Source: Tubiluchus corallicola (lineage: Eukaryota; Animalia; Priapulida). From it: 64,000 bases of DNA. Below the pieces are notes generated by a model that saw only the letters and a program-made list of their open reading frames with translations, ran no database searches and was not told the origin of the DNA. Every line of letters begins with the position of its first letter. Within the stretch, counting starts at the first letter, position 1. Positions 27,858-39,900 of the stretch are shown piece after piece. The position numbers and the translations under genes are program-made. The DNA lies in NCBI GenBank assembly GCA_030141605.1, contig JAQGDQ010000012.1, forward strand, positions 1,471,341 to 1,535,340, given 5' to 3'.

Positions 27858-28973
27858 TCACTCAAAACATGCCAATATTTTCTTCCTATCAAAGCAAAAG
27901 TTATCCCACGCTGCTGAACCAAAATCTGGATCTTGACCGCACACCTTTTTAAATGGACATTTTTCGCTGGGACTTTTGAACTCACTCAACAGTGACTTCC
28001 GTGCTGCGTCGTTCTGTTCTGGTGGATTATTACTTCTGCTCAATATTTGTATATTATGCTGATTTTTGCTGATGTTCTGATTGCTTACAAAGTATGACTT
28101 GTAGCCACTGTTCAACATAGACTCTTTCCCAGTCTGCTTTTGGTTTTTATAGTTACTAGGAGATGCCGAACTTCCTCTAAGTGGTTTCACTGGGAGATAC
28201 TCGCTGAGTTCATTCTGATTCTGCTGCTGGAAATATTGCTGCATCCTTTCTTTTTGCTTCTTCCTGTCAGCTTCGTCCATCGAGCGACTTCCTTGCCTTA
28301 TTTTCGGCTTTCCCTTTGCAGAGCCACTAAGCTCATCCTCAGCTGAATTGCCCAAATACCTGGCCACCCATTTGCGCAAATTCTTCACAAATGGTATTAC
28401 TGTGAAGAAACTATTTGCATTCAGTCCCAAATTGTTCTTAGGCGTCTGGTCTTTTTTATGAACAGGGAGATCATTTAATGCAAACCACTCTAAGCTCTTT
28501 ATCTCCTGCCGAGTCTTTGGCTTAAACTCAGTGTCCTTTGGCACCCCAGGAATTATATATAACCTAATTAACTGTTCGTTTAAATGATGTTCAAGGAAAT
28601 CATTTTCATTAATCAATTCACTGATATCAAATCCAGTTTCTTCCTTGACTTCCCGAATAGCACAATTTGTTGGAGCTTCTTCTTCATTAACTTTGCCTTT
28701 AGGAAAGCCCCAGCTAACCTTTGCCCAATAACCTTGTACAAGGAGACAATATTCCAAAGTCTTGTCAAGTAAAATAGCTCCGTAAGTGGGTACCGACATC
28801 TTGTAACCCTTCCACTCTTCCAAGATATCTTCCACTGATCGCTCTTCTTCTTTTTCTATCAGAAATGGACAAGCTTTGAACACCTGCCGTGCAAATTGCT
28901 TCATACCAACAGGCTGCAAATTTTCATACTCTTGTAAACAATGGTCAAGGTAAAACCAGTGAGCCAACTCAAT
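27858..28973 (-). CDS. DCP2: mRNA-decapping enzyme Dcp2, coding exon 2 (Nudix domain and C-terminus)
   Basis: Acceptor TTTCAG|ATT gives [10 protein letters not shown]...; Nudix box [30 protein letters not shown]; total protein 421 aa. AATAAA signals on the minus strand near 27771-27793. Confidence 0.96.
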   Translation of the reverse strand: MELAHWFYLDHCLQEYENLQPVGMKQFARQVFKACPFLIEKEEERSVEDILEEWKGYKMSVPTYGAILLDKTLEYCLLVQGYWAKVSWGFPKGKVNEEEAPTNCAIREVKEETGFDISELINENDFLEHHLNEQLIRLYIIPGVPKDTEFKPKTRQEIKSLEWFALNDLPVHKKDQTPKNNLGLNANSFFTVIPFVKNLRKWVARYLGNSAEDELSGSAKGKPKIRQGSRSMDEADRKKQKERMQQYFQQQNQNELSEYLPVKPLRGSSASPSNYKNQKQTGKESMLNSGYKSYFVSNQNISKNQHNIQILSRSNNPPEQNDAARKSLLSEFKSPSEKCPFKKVCGQDPDFGSAAWDNFCFDRKKILACFE

Positions 28974-29359
28974 CTGAAATGAAAATTAAATAATAATCAA
29001 TTTTCTATTAAATATAGTTCAATAACCAAATGTGGGCAAGTGTATCCCGAAAGTCATTCCTGCATACAATCATCACCACTGACATGTATTTGACAGGTTC
29101 TGCCAAAAAGACCTCAGTCGTCACTATAGAAGTTAATAATTTATAAATAGAAAAGTCAATTTTGTGAGAAAATTGTTAGGCTACAACAGTTCCAATTACC
29201 CGACACACCTAGGAAACCCCATAGCATCACCATGGCAATCTGTGGCACTTTTTGTGTTTCACTTAACACACAGAAATAGAACATCTTAAAAAGAGTTTAA
29301 GCAGTCACAAATAACACATAAAATATTGCATAATCCAGTTATAAAAAATACAATAGTAC

Positions 29360-29509
29360 CTGAAAGCAAACTCGAATTACGTCACTTTTTTCTTCTTTGG
29401 GAACATTTATAACAAATCGTGTGCAAAGATCCATAAGTAAATCCTCAGGAATTTGATAGCTGAGTTTAGGAGATGCAGCCACTTCCGGAAACACTGATCC
29501 CGATTCCAT
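29360..29509 (-). CDS. DCP2: mRNA-decapping enzyme Dcp2, coding exon 1 (Box A)
   Basis: MESGSVFPEVAASPKLSYQIPEDLLMDLCTRFVINVPKEEKSDVIRVCFQ, 150 nt, phase-0 donor CAG|GTACTA. Matches the Dcp2 Box A motif DLCxRFxxxxP...RVCFQ. Confidence 0.92.
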
Positions 29510-29725
29510 GCTGTTAAGGTTTCACAAATCGTACATAAGTGTACTATTGCAATTTTTAATATTGATATGGCAAATAAAAAATACCATTACTACAATATAC
29601 TGTGTCAGTTAATTATAAAGACAATATCCTACAATATTCACAAAAAGGACAACAACCACAACATATGTAACTATCCTTCCTGGGTTCAGTACGAAGTGTT
29701 TTTAACTAAACTTCACTTTTAAAAA

Positions 29726-29863
29726 CTATTGGGTCTGTGCTGCTGTACTTGCTGCCACTTGTTCAGCTATTCGTTGCTGTTCCAAGTTTTTTTCCATGAA
29801 CAATGCCATTATCTTATGGTTGATGTTGACATGCTTGGTAGAACACTTAGTAACACACTTCAT
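29726..29863 (-). CDS. TIMM10B: Small Tim chaperone Tim10b/Tim9b, coding exon 3
   Basis: TTTTTAG|MKCVTKCSTKHVNINHKIMALFMEKNLEQQRIAEQVAASTAAQTQ*, second CX3C (CVTKC). NHKIM resembles the NHRLM of TIMM10B, favouring Tim10b over Tim9. Full protein 85 aa. Confidence 0.88.
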   Translation of the reverse strand: MKCVTKCSTKHVNINHKIMALFMEKNLEQQRIAEQVAASTAAQTQ

Positions 29864-30409
29864 CTAAAAACATATAAAGTAGAACCCATAATTAAAGTTA
29901 GTGATGCACACTAAAAATGTAAAAAACGGGGTTAACAAAGACAAAGGCAAATAAGGCAATGGTAGCAAAGACAAACATAAAAAAGCAAGTGATTAAAAGG
30001 TAAAAGAAAAAGTCCAATATATAAAATCAAAGGCAATTTATGTAATAAGTAATTTTTAGCAACACAAATAAAAGGTAAAAAGCAAAAGAAAATTAGTCAA
30101 ATATAAAGCCATAGGAATTATTCCGCTTGCAAAACCGAGGCAAAAACTCGGGATAATAAGAAATGAAAACCAACAAAACTGTTTTTAAATCATTATCAAA
30201 GAGGAATGGAGGCAGCAAAGAGACACTTATTTAGTTCTTTTCTATGTTGTTCTTTCCAACCAGTGCTCACCATTTGAAAGAATGAAGCAGTTAAAATAAC
30301 AAAAATGACTGACTACCTTGCCAAAGCAGACAATTCACATGAACTTGTATCCTTTTCCGAAAACGGCTAAAATTTACAATTCCCGCACACAAGAAATTAG
30401 TTCATGAAG

Positions 30410-30508
30410 CGGGTTAGGATTAGGGTTAGAGTTAGGATTAGGGTCAGGGTTAAGATTAGGATCAGGGTTTGTTTAGGGTTTGATTAGGGTTAGCGTTGGG
30501 GTTAGGGA
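30410..30508 (+). repeat. Degenerate interstitial (TTAGGG)n-like array
   Basis: GGGTTAGGATTAGGGTTAGAGTTAGGATTAGGGTCAGGG..., roughly 16 degenerate hexamers inside a Tim10b intron. Confidence 0.8.
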
Positions 30509-31462
30509 CTGCACTTTGTTAGTAAATTTTGGGAGAAGATCAACAACAGAATTTTAAATACAATGACCAAACAACTTTCTTCTTGATAATTCCAAAGCTC
30601 TACTTCATAAATAGATCACTCAAATTTCATTGCCCTGACGTATAGATAACAAGTAGGTTAATAAATGGTGTTTTGCCAGGGAATATAATATTGCATTTGT
30701 GCATACAATCTTCTTCTAAAATGTTCAATTCTGTAAACAATAGATAGCAACTACAACTATGACTGGTGCATATTATGTCTAACATGATTGAAAATTCCAG
30801 CAAACTTGTGTTAATTTGAATTCATCTATTTAACTTCATTTTCTAAATCATAATTTCATAGGTATAACAACAGTCCATAGTTCATCAAGTCTAATCTCTT
30901 TAATCCTCACCCTTTTAATCTTTACTCTTTTATTATTAAAATTCTTTTTATCTATCCAATGCTTTTTTATTTTTGCATTTTTTGCCAATTTCGTTTTTTC
31001 CAATAAATTTGTTACCAATTATGCTTCACTTTTCTTTATTTATTGCCTTTTACCTGAATTGTTTTTTAACCTTTAGTCTTTTTTGTAATTGACTTTTTGG
31101 TCTCTTGCCTTTTCACATAACTCTAAGCAAAAGACACGAAGCAGTTTTTAAGTGCTAGCAAGTTAGGAAAAAAATTCATCCACTGACTAAATCATGCAGT
31201 TCTTAGACAAATTTGAAGTTAAAATAATGCAGAATAAAGCGTCTAAATTACAGATACACATCTGTTGTTTTTCATGATAACCATTAATAGCTCGCCTGTA
31301 ATTATGGATACACAATAATTCATTTGTCAATAATTTAACAATTTATTGTCTCTTATTCTAGCAAAAGCTTTTGCGTCATCACCCTTAGTTTTTGCCAAAA
31401 AGGCAAATGTTGTTGTTATTATGACATCATCTGCAAATAAGGACAACGAAAATCATATTTAC

Positions 31463-31558
31463 CTCTTCTTCACTAAGGCTTCTGCTGTATAAGTCGCTGA
31501 CACATGCATCAAAACAAGCTTGAGTCACTTTATTATACAATGCCAGGAAATCTCTAAA
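31463..31558 (-). CDS. TIMM10B: Small Tim chaperone Tim10b/Tim9b, coding exon 2
   Basis: TTTCAG|FRDFLALYNKVTQACFDACVSDLYSRSLSEEE|GTAAAT, 96 nt, first CX3C motif (CFDAC). Matches the Tim9/Tim10b signature [FL][RK]DFLxxYNxxTxxCFxxCV. Confidence 0.9.
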
Positions 31559-31626
31559 CTGAAATTAATGTCATATTTTGACTCATAATTTACAGCAACT
31601 TATTAAAAGAATATATAGATGCTTTG

Positions 31627-31759
31627 TATATGTATATATAGAAATGTATATATATATATATATATTGTATACAAATACACACACACGCACGCACGCACAT
31701 GCACGCACGCACGCACACACACACACACACACACGCCCTCGCACGCACGCACACACACA
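31627..31759. repeat. Compound (TA)n/(CA)n/(CACG)n microsatellite
   Basis: Direct observation; lies in a Tim10b intron. Confidence 0.9.
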
Positions 31760-32258
31760 TATCGTTGACTAATGTCTCTCGCCTGTTCATGAAACAAGAA
31801 TTATGAAATACAAACTTTGTTCTTCATTTTTGAAAACTACACTTGCTGCAGCTGTGCCACATCAAGTTTTTTGGATTTGCAATACATTTCGCTATTATTT
31901 TGTTTCAACAAAGGATCAACATAATACACTACCGATACACTGAATGTACGATATATCGATCACTTGAAGAAACCAGATAGTGCAAGATATAGGCTATACA
32001 TCGCATCAAACTTCAGATCAAAAGACTAGGCCTTTCACCGTAACTGAAGATATTCTACATTATATAACGAGATCATACCATATGTGTTGCTTCATTCACA
32101 GTCCACTGTTTACAAACAACACATTAGTAAATTATTTATATAAAAATTCTAATTTTGAAAATACTTTTTATGAGGTAATATTTAAAATGACAACAATATT
32201 AGTGCGAATCACTTGTGAAATACATAAAATAAATTGTTACTTGTTTCAGAAGGCTTAC

Positions 32259-32282
32259 ATTGTTTATAACCGGATCACCCAT
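32259..32282 (-). CDS. TIMM10B: Small Tim chaperone Tim10b/Tim9b (FXC1), coding exon 1
   Basis: ATG GGT GAT CCG GTT ATA AAC AAT|GTAAGC encodes MGDPVINN, phase 0 with a strong donor. An upstream acceptor TTTTCTGTTTATAG| puts the exon start at 32336, implying a further non-coding exon. Confidence 0.7.
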
Positions 32283-33269
32283 AAAATGGTAACAGGTAAG
32301 ATCATAGAATATAAAGAATCACTTTACTTTGTGCACCTATAAACAGAAAATTGGTTACGTATAACCACAGTCACAAAAATATGCAAAAACTGATATATAT
32401 TTTTGCATCATGTTCAAATGTACAGCAAGTCTCAAATTTTTTTAGCTATAGTTTTACAGCTTTGTTAGAAGCATCAAAAAAGAGGCGGCAGATGTATTTA
32501 TTGCATTCCAACTTCAAGACATTCTCACATTGTACATTTGCCTCATTTCAAAACTTCTTTGTATCCTACACACCAATTTATACAGTTCTTGACTTCCACT
32601 AAATCATTTACATCTTAATTACATGTGAAACTTTGGGAACTTATGACAGTTTTAAGATAGATTTGTAAGTGCAAGTTAAGGTGAGATTCATCATCCACAT
32701 TTACATTTGGAATTTCATTGAGACTCTTTCTGCTCGCAAAGGTGTCCTCTTCTTCAAACAGAGCTTAAAAAGCTCTAACAGATTTACATTGTCACCACAG
32801 AAATTTTAGCTAACTCAACCAATTATTAATTAGCACATATACTGGACTAAAGTTTTATTGATTTCATAAGTTTTTAAGGGAAGTACAAAAGTATTAAACT
32901 GAGATTTTAATACTTAATTGCTGTTAAATACAACTGGTAAATATTTAGGGCTGACAGTTATCCTGTACATTTATTAAATTTGCTAAATGTTTACACGGTG
33001 CTTAGTGCTTACAAAAGAAAACGATTCCGCTTACCCCTGACTAATTATTAAACCTAATATTCAGCTGTGTTACTACTCAAAGGGAATTTTAATGCAAAGA
33101 TTAGTCAAATTTACCTGACATACAATGAAATTATAAATTAATAGTCAGATCAGTAAATCAACCTTTCCGTAAAATTTTAAGGAACCAGTTTTTGGCATCG
33201 AGTAGAGCTGAGGTGTTTCATTTGTGTCCAATATACTTGTAATTTATACTGCATTTGCGATTTTAAGCA

Positions 33270-36200
33270 AAATTTTATCAATTTTTGTGTGATTTTATGG
33301 CAAGTGGTACAACTAGAAGTGGGAAAAGACTACATGAAAACCCTGAGGAAATGGAGACAGGGACATTATCTATGCAACACCAAAGTAAGGCTGAATTTGC
33401 TACCTCTTACAAAAACTGATTCTCCCAAGTCAGTTCTGTCTGAGCATTCGTCTACTGTAAAAGATTTCGCAGACTTGAAATGAGCATTTTTGATTCGCAG
33501 CTGTCTTTGTTAATTACTACTGCTACTGTTGTTTAAAAAGAGGTGAAGAAATGGTCATGATACCTTAAGGCGCTTTGCACATTTAGAAACTAGGCTAGAT
33601 GTGTTGGAAAAATGACCTTGGCAGGAAATGAAGGCAGATTACTGGATGGCATGGAACCAGTTGAAACCTAAGGAAAAAGAATCAAGCTTTGCACAAGGTA
33701 ATGAAAATGATTTGACTTTAAACATAGTTATATGTAATCTGCCGCAGCCTGAGGATGAAAATGTTAGCTACAGTGTTAATAATTTATTTAAGGAAGGGAT
33801 AAAGTTGAAAGACTGTGTGTGCAACAGCCAATCGTAAATGCTCATACAACAGTAAGAAGCCAGTTACTATTATTGCTAAACTGAGCACAACAGAGACCAA
33901 GAAAGCTGTTATGGACAACATATCTGATTTAGCAAAGTCAAAAACGTACAAAACTGTATACATTGATAACAAATCTCGGCAGCAAAGATTACAGGAAGCC
34001 AACTTTAAAATGTTACTGAAAACATTGGGTACAAATTCATTGAGAATGAAGGGTGACAGAATAGTCAAAGCATTGCCATTGGACAGTATTGGCAATGCCT
34101 CTGGACACAGTACACATAGTACAGCTGCAGTTACAGTAGCCAGTTCTAGTGCAACCCTGAGTACAACCAATTTGCAAGGGCAATGCTTCATCGATGGCAG
34201 ACCTGTTTTGTTACTATGCTAATTGCAGTACTTTAGTTAATAAGATGGGTTACTGAACATGTCTGCCTAGCATTCACGGAGACATGGTTGAAGTCTGGCA
34301 CCACTACTGGAATGTTTACAAATGGGTGCAATTTCAATGTGTTCAGAAAGGACAGATGTAGAGACACTAGAGGTGGAGGCGTTGCCTTATTTATTAGTTC
34401 GTTATTGTCTGCATCTTTAGTCAAACTGCCTGTGATTTTTGATAATCTTGAAATTTTAGCTGCTGATGATGTGTCCAGTGATTGTCCTTTCCGAATTGTT
34501 GTGCTGCATCGCCCTCCTGACATATACATTGAAGACTCTAAATGCTTATTCAATTGCATAGAGTAAAATGTAAATTTTCCCACAGTTCTTATTTGGGATT
34601 TTAATTTACCAGAGTTGACCTGGGATGAGTCATGTAGGCCTACTTGTGCAGAGGGTTCAAACTTATATAGTTCCTTTTTAGAAATAGTTGTTCCACAGAG
34701 ATTTGAACAATTTGTAACAACACCAACAAGAGTTGACAGTCTTTCAAGTCGTGCATCATTTTTGGATCTGTGTTTTTGTACAGATGAGGCATTTGTTTAT
34801 AAATGTTGATGTCATAGAACCTATGGTAACTATTGATCACTTGGCAATCTCATTTATGTGCCAAGGCCCTACAAGAGTGAAATCCACCAGTAAATGCTTT
34901 AGAAAGGAATATGAAAATGCAGACTGGGATAATATGGTTTATGGCCTAAGCTTTATAAACTGGAGCAACACTTTTGTAAGTTGCTATGACGTACATGATT
35001 TTTGGAGTACTTTTACAAATTATTTTAATCATTGTATTGAGAGTTATGTTTCAACTAAAGTTTTCCATGCAAATTTTAAAGACTCCAAATAAAAAAGTGT
35101 TTTTTAAATATGTGCGTAAGCAAAGGCGTAATTTAGGGCCAAAGGTAATTTAGTTAATGTGATGACATTTCTGAAGCCAAGATTTTAAATGACCATTTTT
35201 CCAAAAATTTCACTGTTGATGATGGTAATTTATCTGCTATTGAAATGAAGATCACTCCTGATGTAGGTATAGGATTGGTTAATTTCCCCTTTTCATGATT
35301 AAAAGAAGTTAGTGTAAAAAAAAACGAACTCCTGATGAAATCCCTGCTGTATTTTACAAAAAACTTGCCAGTGTATTGTATGTCTCTCTATCAATTAAAT
35401 TTGAAAAGTCTTTCATTGGTGGTGTTTTATGAGCAGTATGGAAACCGGCAGATGTAAACCCAATATTCAAGAAAGGCGAGATTTCTGATTAAAACAACTA
35501 CAGGCCAGTATCACTGACTAGTGTAGCATGTAAATTGATAGAGATGGTTATTGCAGAAAATGTCATTCAGTACCCAAGAATGAAATTTTTTTCTCTCGTG
35601 AACAACAAGGTTTTCTAACCCGCAGGCAAATCAACATGTATACACTTGTTAGAACATTTGTATGACAGTAACCTGGCAGTAGATCTGGGAAAGAATACTG
35701 ATATTATTTATATAGACTTTAAAAAGGTCTTCGATACAATTAGTCATACAAAGCTTTTGCACAAATTACAGTATTTTGGTATAATTGGTCTACTGTTACA
35801 ATGGATTGCTTGTTTTCTCACATAAAGAAAACAGCATGTTGTTATCAATTGGTAATTCAGTTTCAGATTATGTAACAGTCACCACAAGGAACTATTTTAG
35901 GGCCCCATTTTATTTTTACTTTTCAACAATGATTTGCCTGAAAAAGTGGGTCTTGTAAATCTTAAGCTTTTTGCTGATCACGTCACGTTGTTTCAACACC
36001 TCTGTAGTGATGGGTCGTGTGATATACAGCGAGCATTAGATAGCATTACTGAATGGGCAGACACGTGGCAATTAAAGTGCAATGCTGTTCACATTGGTAG
36101 AAACAATCCTCGTAATAGCTATTTTGTTTCAGATAATGAAATTGAATCAGTGAATGTTGCGTGTGATCTTGGCATTACCATTTCACTAAACTTAAAATCT

Positions 36201-36490
36201 AGTGCACATTGTATTGAAGTGTGCTTGAAAGCTAACAGAGTAATTAATACGGTTTTTAGAATACTTAGTACAAATAGTAAGGATGTTCTTCTTAAGCATA
36301 TAAAACATGTAAGACCAATCGTTAAATTTATATTGTGCACAACTATGGCATCCATATCAGCTAGGTAACATTGATATTATAGAGAGCATTCAAAGATATT
36401 TTACTCATACTCTTTTTAGATGCGGCACGGCTCATACCTCATACCCCGGCAACCTAAGTTTTAAATTTAAAGTCATTAGAAGACAAATTC
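33270..36490 (+). mobile_element. Decayed CR1-like non-LTR retrotransposon (ORF1 remnant, APE endonuclease, RT)
   Basis: ORF1-like NIVICNLPQ; endonuclease motifs TETWL, RKDR..RGGGVALF, DFNLP, DHLAI; RT motifs PIFKKG, NYRPVSLTSVACKLIE, YIDFKKVFDTISH, PQGTILGPILF, LFAD. Many stops and frameshifts; boundaries approximate. Confidence 0.88.
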
Positions 36491-36524
36491 AAAATGACCT
36501 ATGTATGTTCTTAGTGAAATTATG

Positions 36525-36954
36525 AAACATGATTACAGCAGAGTCAGAATGCTGTTTCTCAACAATGAGAAGAATAAAAACTTTTCTAAAGAGCACTATG
36601 AGTCCTAAAAGACTAAATGCACTTGCAGTGCTTTCAATTGAAAAAAAATTCCTCAATAGCCATCCAGATATCAAAGAGAAAATTATTAATCTTTTTACGT
36701 AAAGTAAAGCAAGAGGGATTCCATTTTTAAATGAATGTTTCAAACTTGACTTGCGACAATTTAGGATATTAGTAAGTAAAGAATATTTTTTGTTTAAGAT
36801 TTTTTCAAGTTTATGTATAAATTTTCATATTTCTTCAAAATTACAATTACAACATTAAAATTACATATTTGTTTCGTTTTACACAGTACTAAAACAATGG
36901 CCAAAAATTTTCTGAAACAGCACCCCCCTAATTTTAGCTACGAGCCGCCTCATG
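36525..36954 (+). mobile_element. hAT transposon 3' fragment (C-terminal dimerisation domain and right end)
   Basis: Translation AESECCFSTMRRIKTFLKSTMSPKRLNALAVLSIE matches the hAT ERxFSxxxxxKxxxRSxM..RL..LA motif. Ends in CGAGCCGCC, and its last ~110 bp match 53862-53974. Confidence 0.8.
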
Positions 36955-39900
36955 TTTATCCGAAGTACCTGCCGCCCTATGCATCACTCACTCTCACACA
37001 TTCACTTGTCGACGTCTAATTGTGGTCCACCGTTCGTACAAAATCTATCTATCTAGTAGAGCAAATCGTCTGCGGAGTGAGTGTGGACGTTGGTTTGGCC
37101 AGTTTTGCCTCCGTAAATTTCTGTATTATCTTATCGCACGTGCTTATGTCTTTCACTCTTATAAGTCTTGATGTAAAAGAAATTAAAGAAAATTCACAAG
37201 AAGAGAACCGAGAGGGCTTCTCCGAAAAAATTCGATTCAGCTCTAGTTTGTTTGGACTAATATTATACCAGAAACATGGGATAAACGTAAAATAACTATA
37301 CAGCATACACAAAGTTTCATTATGCATCAGGGACGAAAATTTGGTGATCCAAACAGGCAGACACGCGGTTTAGTTACTTTGACTTACAAAAGAAAATTAA
37401 AATATAGTTATAGCCTATAATAGGCCTTCTGGGAGCAGAATAAACTAGTCTGAAGTTGCGTTTATATAACATTTGTATGTGTTATGAGGGAGCAGAATAG
37501 GTAAAATAGGCTTATATTGTTTTCAAGGCATCCGTTTATCTGAACTGCATTATGCGTTCTTTTTTTTCTACAGCTATTTCTCATTGATTTTTTTCCGCAG
37601 GTGCTAGCGCATAACGCATACGCGTTCCGGATGCTACGTAAACGCCACTTAAAAGCAATTGTTTCACCCATTGAAATGATCTTTTGGGCAGCCAATAAAC
37701 ATTATAATTATTGCACTTATATAATACTCTTATCTATACGAGTGTTGGAGATTAGTCCATGTCAGCCAGTCTTTGACATCTTCCTCTGCCTTCCAATATT
37801 CTAATGCAAACTCAATCATGCAAAAATACATTAGGCTGGGCCACAAATCACGCTACCTAGTAATTGACAATAATAGACTAAAATTTTATGGGAATCCTCG
37901 TGCATTTGCTGATCAGTGATTGCTAGGTAATTTTTTAGAACTTCCACAGTTTATGTAAAAGGAAATAAGTATTTTTGGGACTGCATTCTGGCTAGTTGGT
38001 TTCTTCTAAAGCGCTCAATGAACAGGCTTATTAGAGCTTATTAGATGAATTGCTGCGCTAGTTACTCTGCTAATGAATTATGGTGTGAATAGATTTTTTG
38101 TGGCGCACATTCTCCTTTTAGGTATTGTTTGGGATACATTAGATGTTTATAGAAGTTAGCTCTGTGATATTTTTTAAAAACATGCTAATGTAAATTTCCT
38201 GTGTATTGTGCTTCATTCATATACTACACATGATACTAAAATATAGTAAATGATATAGTAACTCTGATTAACGTAGATAACTAGACAGTAGGAGCCAATT
38301 GACCAATTTCATTTGTTATAATATATAACTGCTATAATATATAGTTGCTATATTGTTACAGTCAAGATTACATATTTACATGTCATAACGATTTTGATTG
38401 AAGTGATGATTCTTAGAAAAAAATCTTAGAGAGTTAGAAAAATAGTAAATCGTTTAAGATTTAATAAAGAATAATAAAATAATTAGGCAAAACAACAAAT
38501 TATTTGTTGAGCACATCTGTTCACCAAATAAACACAACAGTTTGTTCTAACTGTAACAACATAACTCATAATAGTTCAGTATGCTTTCTGGTTAAATTGA
38601 GTAGACTTACCAGTACTTACCTGGAAGGTGACCACATCTGGCTTTATCTTTAACGTCCTAGTTTTTTATCTTTCATTCAAATTTCAATGTGGTCAATTAA
38701 AGTAATGGCATTTGACAAATTCAACTATTAAATACTGAAACTTTTTGGTCAATTTTAGTTAACTGTAATTGACGTTTTGATAAGAAACAAATTACTTTAT
38801 TAAAAGGAATACATATAATTATTTCATTTCAGATCAAATGTATACGTTGGGAAATGGCATCTCAACACATGTCAAATGTGAAGTGAAATGGCAATCAAAA
38901 GGAGACGAGCCATGATGATGGTTAACGAACAGTAAGATATTATACTAATCAGTTTGACCACTTTGTTTATTTGTCACCATAAAAACCCAAACATTATTAA
39001 TGCCCAACTGTCTCGTGCCCACGCATTCTGCACCTAAATGTCACTTACCCTCTGGCAGTATTGTTTCTATAGCTTGCCCACACACATACTGGAACACTTC
39101 AATTATATCTTTAATTCTTAATGTTCTTCACCACAGCTATATGTGTAGGTGTAGTCTCTCAAGCCCTGCATGCTTCATACAATCTCACGCCTCCAACTCA
39201 GGTACATTTCTCGTAGCTTTTTTACACTCTGTCTATGATAATTTCCTGAGCATTTTTTCCTGTGCCATTTTCCCCCATGCCATTTTTGCCTACTTTCTGT
39301 AAGAACACCATGACATTATTTCCGTGTAGCTTTACAAATCACGTTGTTTCTCGTTGCTTCCGTTGTCTCCTCGGTTTCCACTCTATCTGGTTAGATAGGC
39401 ACAAATGAATAGACCATGCAAGACACAAATAACATAATCAACCTTGACATCAATCATGCTGCTTATAATAACCTAAATTGTGGTAACCTTTTCACAGCCT
39501 GATTGCCATATAATCCAACTTAAAATTTTATTTTCTTACTTAAGTTTATTTATGTTGTCTTCAGGGATCATTGTTCACATCAATGCAAAAAACCTCACTG
39601 GCAAGAACTACTCCAATCATCAGGGAAGGGGGAAGCAGTATTGCAGCAACAGACTTCTGTCCTTCAAAAAGAGTTCAAGCTTTGAGTTTTTAAGAAGGTG
39701 GAGGAAAACACTGGTACAATTTTTAAAACTTTTAAAGTTCTTGTAAGAAAACATAACTAATTTTGTGAATACGACCAATCGTTTAATTAAATCCAGAAAC
39801 AACTATAACCCATTTAGCATATTTTAAAGCATGTTCGGTATGTCCCGTAGTTCTTGCGTGCAACAATTTGACTAACTGGAATGGAAATATGCAGCAATGA

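Noticed and set aside
29729-29914. Plus-strand 61-aa ORF
   Set aside because: Antisense shadow of Tim10b exon 3.
30410-30508. True telomere or chromosome-fusion site
   Set aside because: Short, degenerate, single orientation and inside an intron of an intact gene.
31843-31887. Alternative Tim10b first coding exon MYCKSKKLDVAQLQQ
   Set aside because: In frame but the donor GTGTAG is poor; the 32259-32282 exon has a strong donor and a proper acceptor.
38613-38640. U1 snRNA 5' end (TACTTACCTGG)
   Set aside because: Similarity ends after ~11 nt; better read as a minus-strand splice donor.
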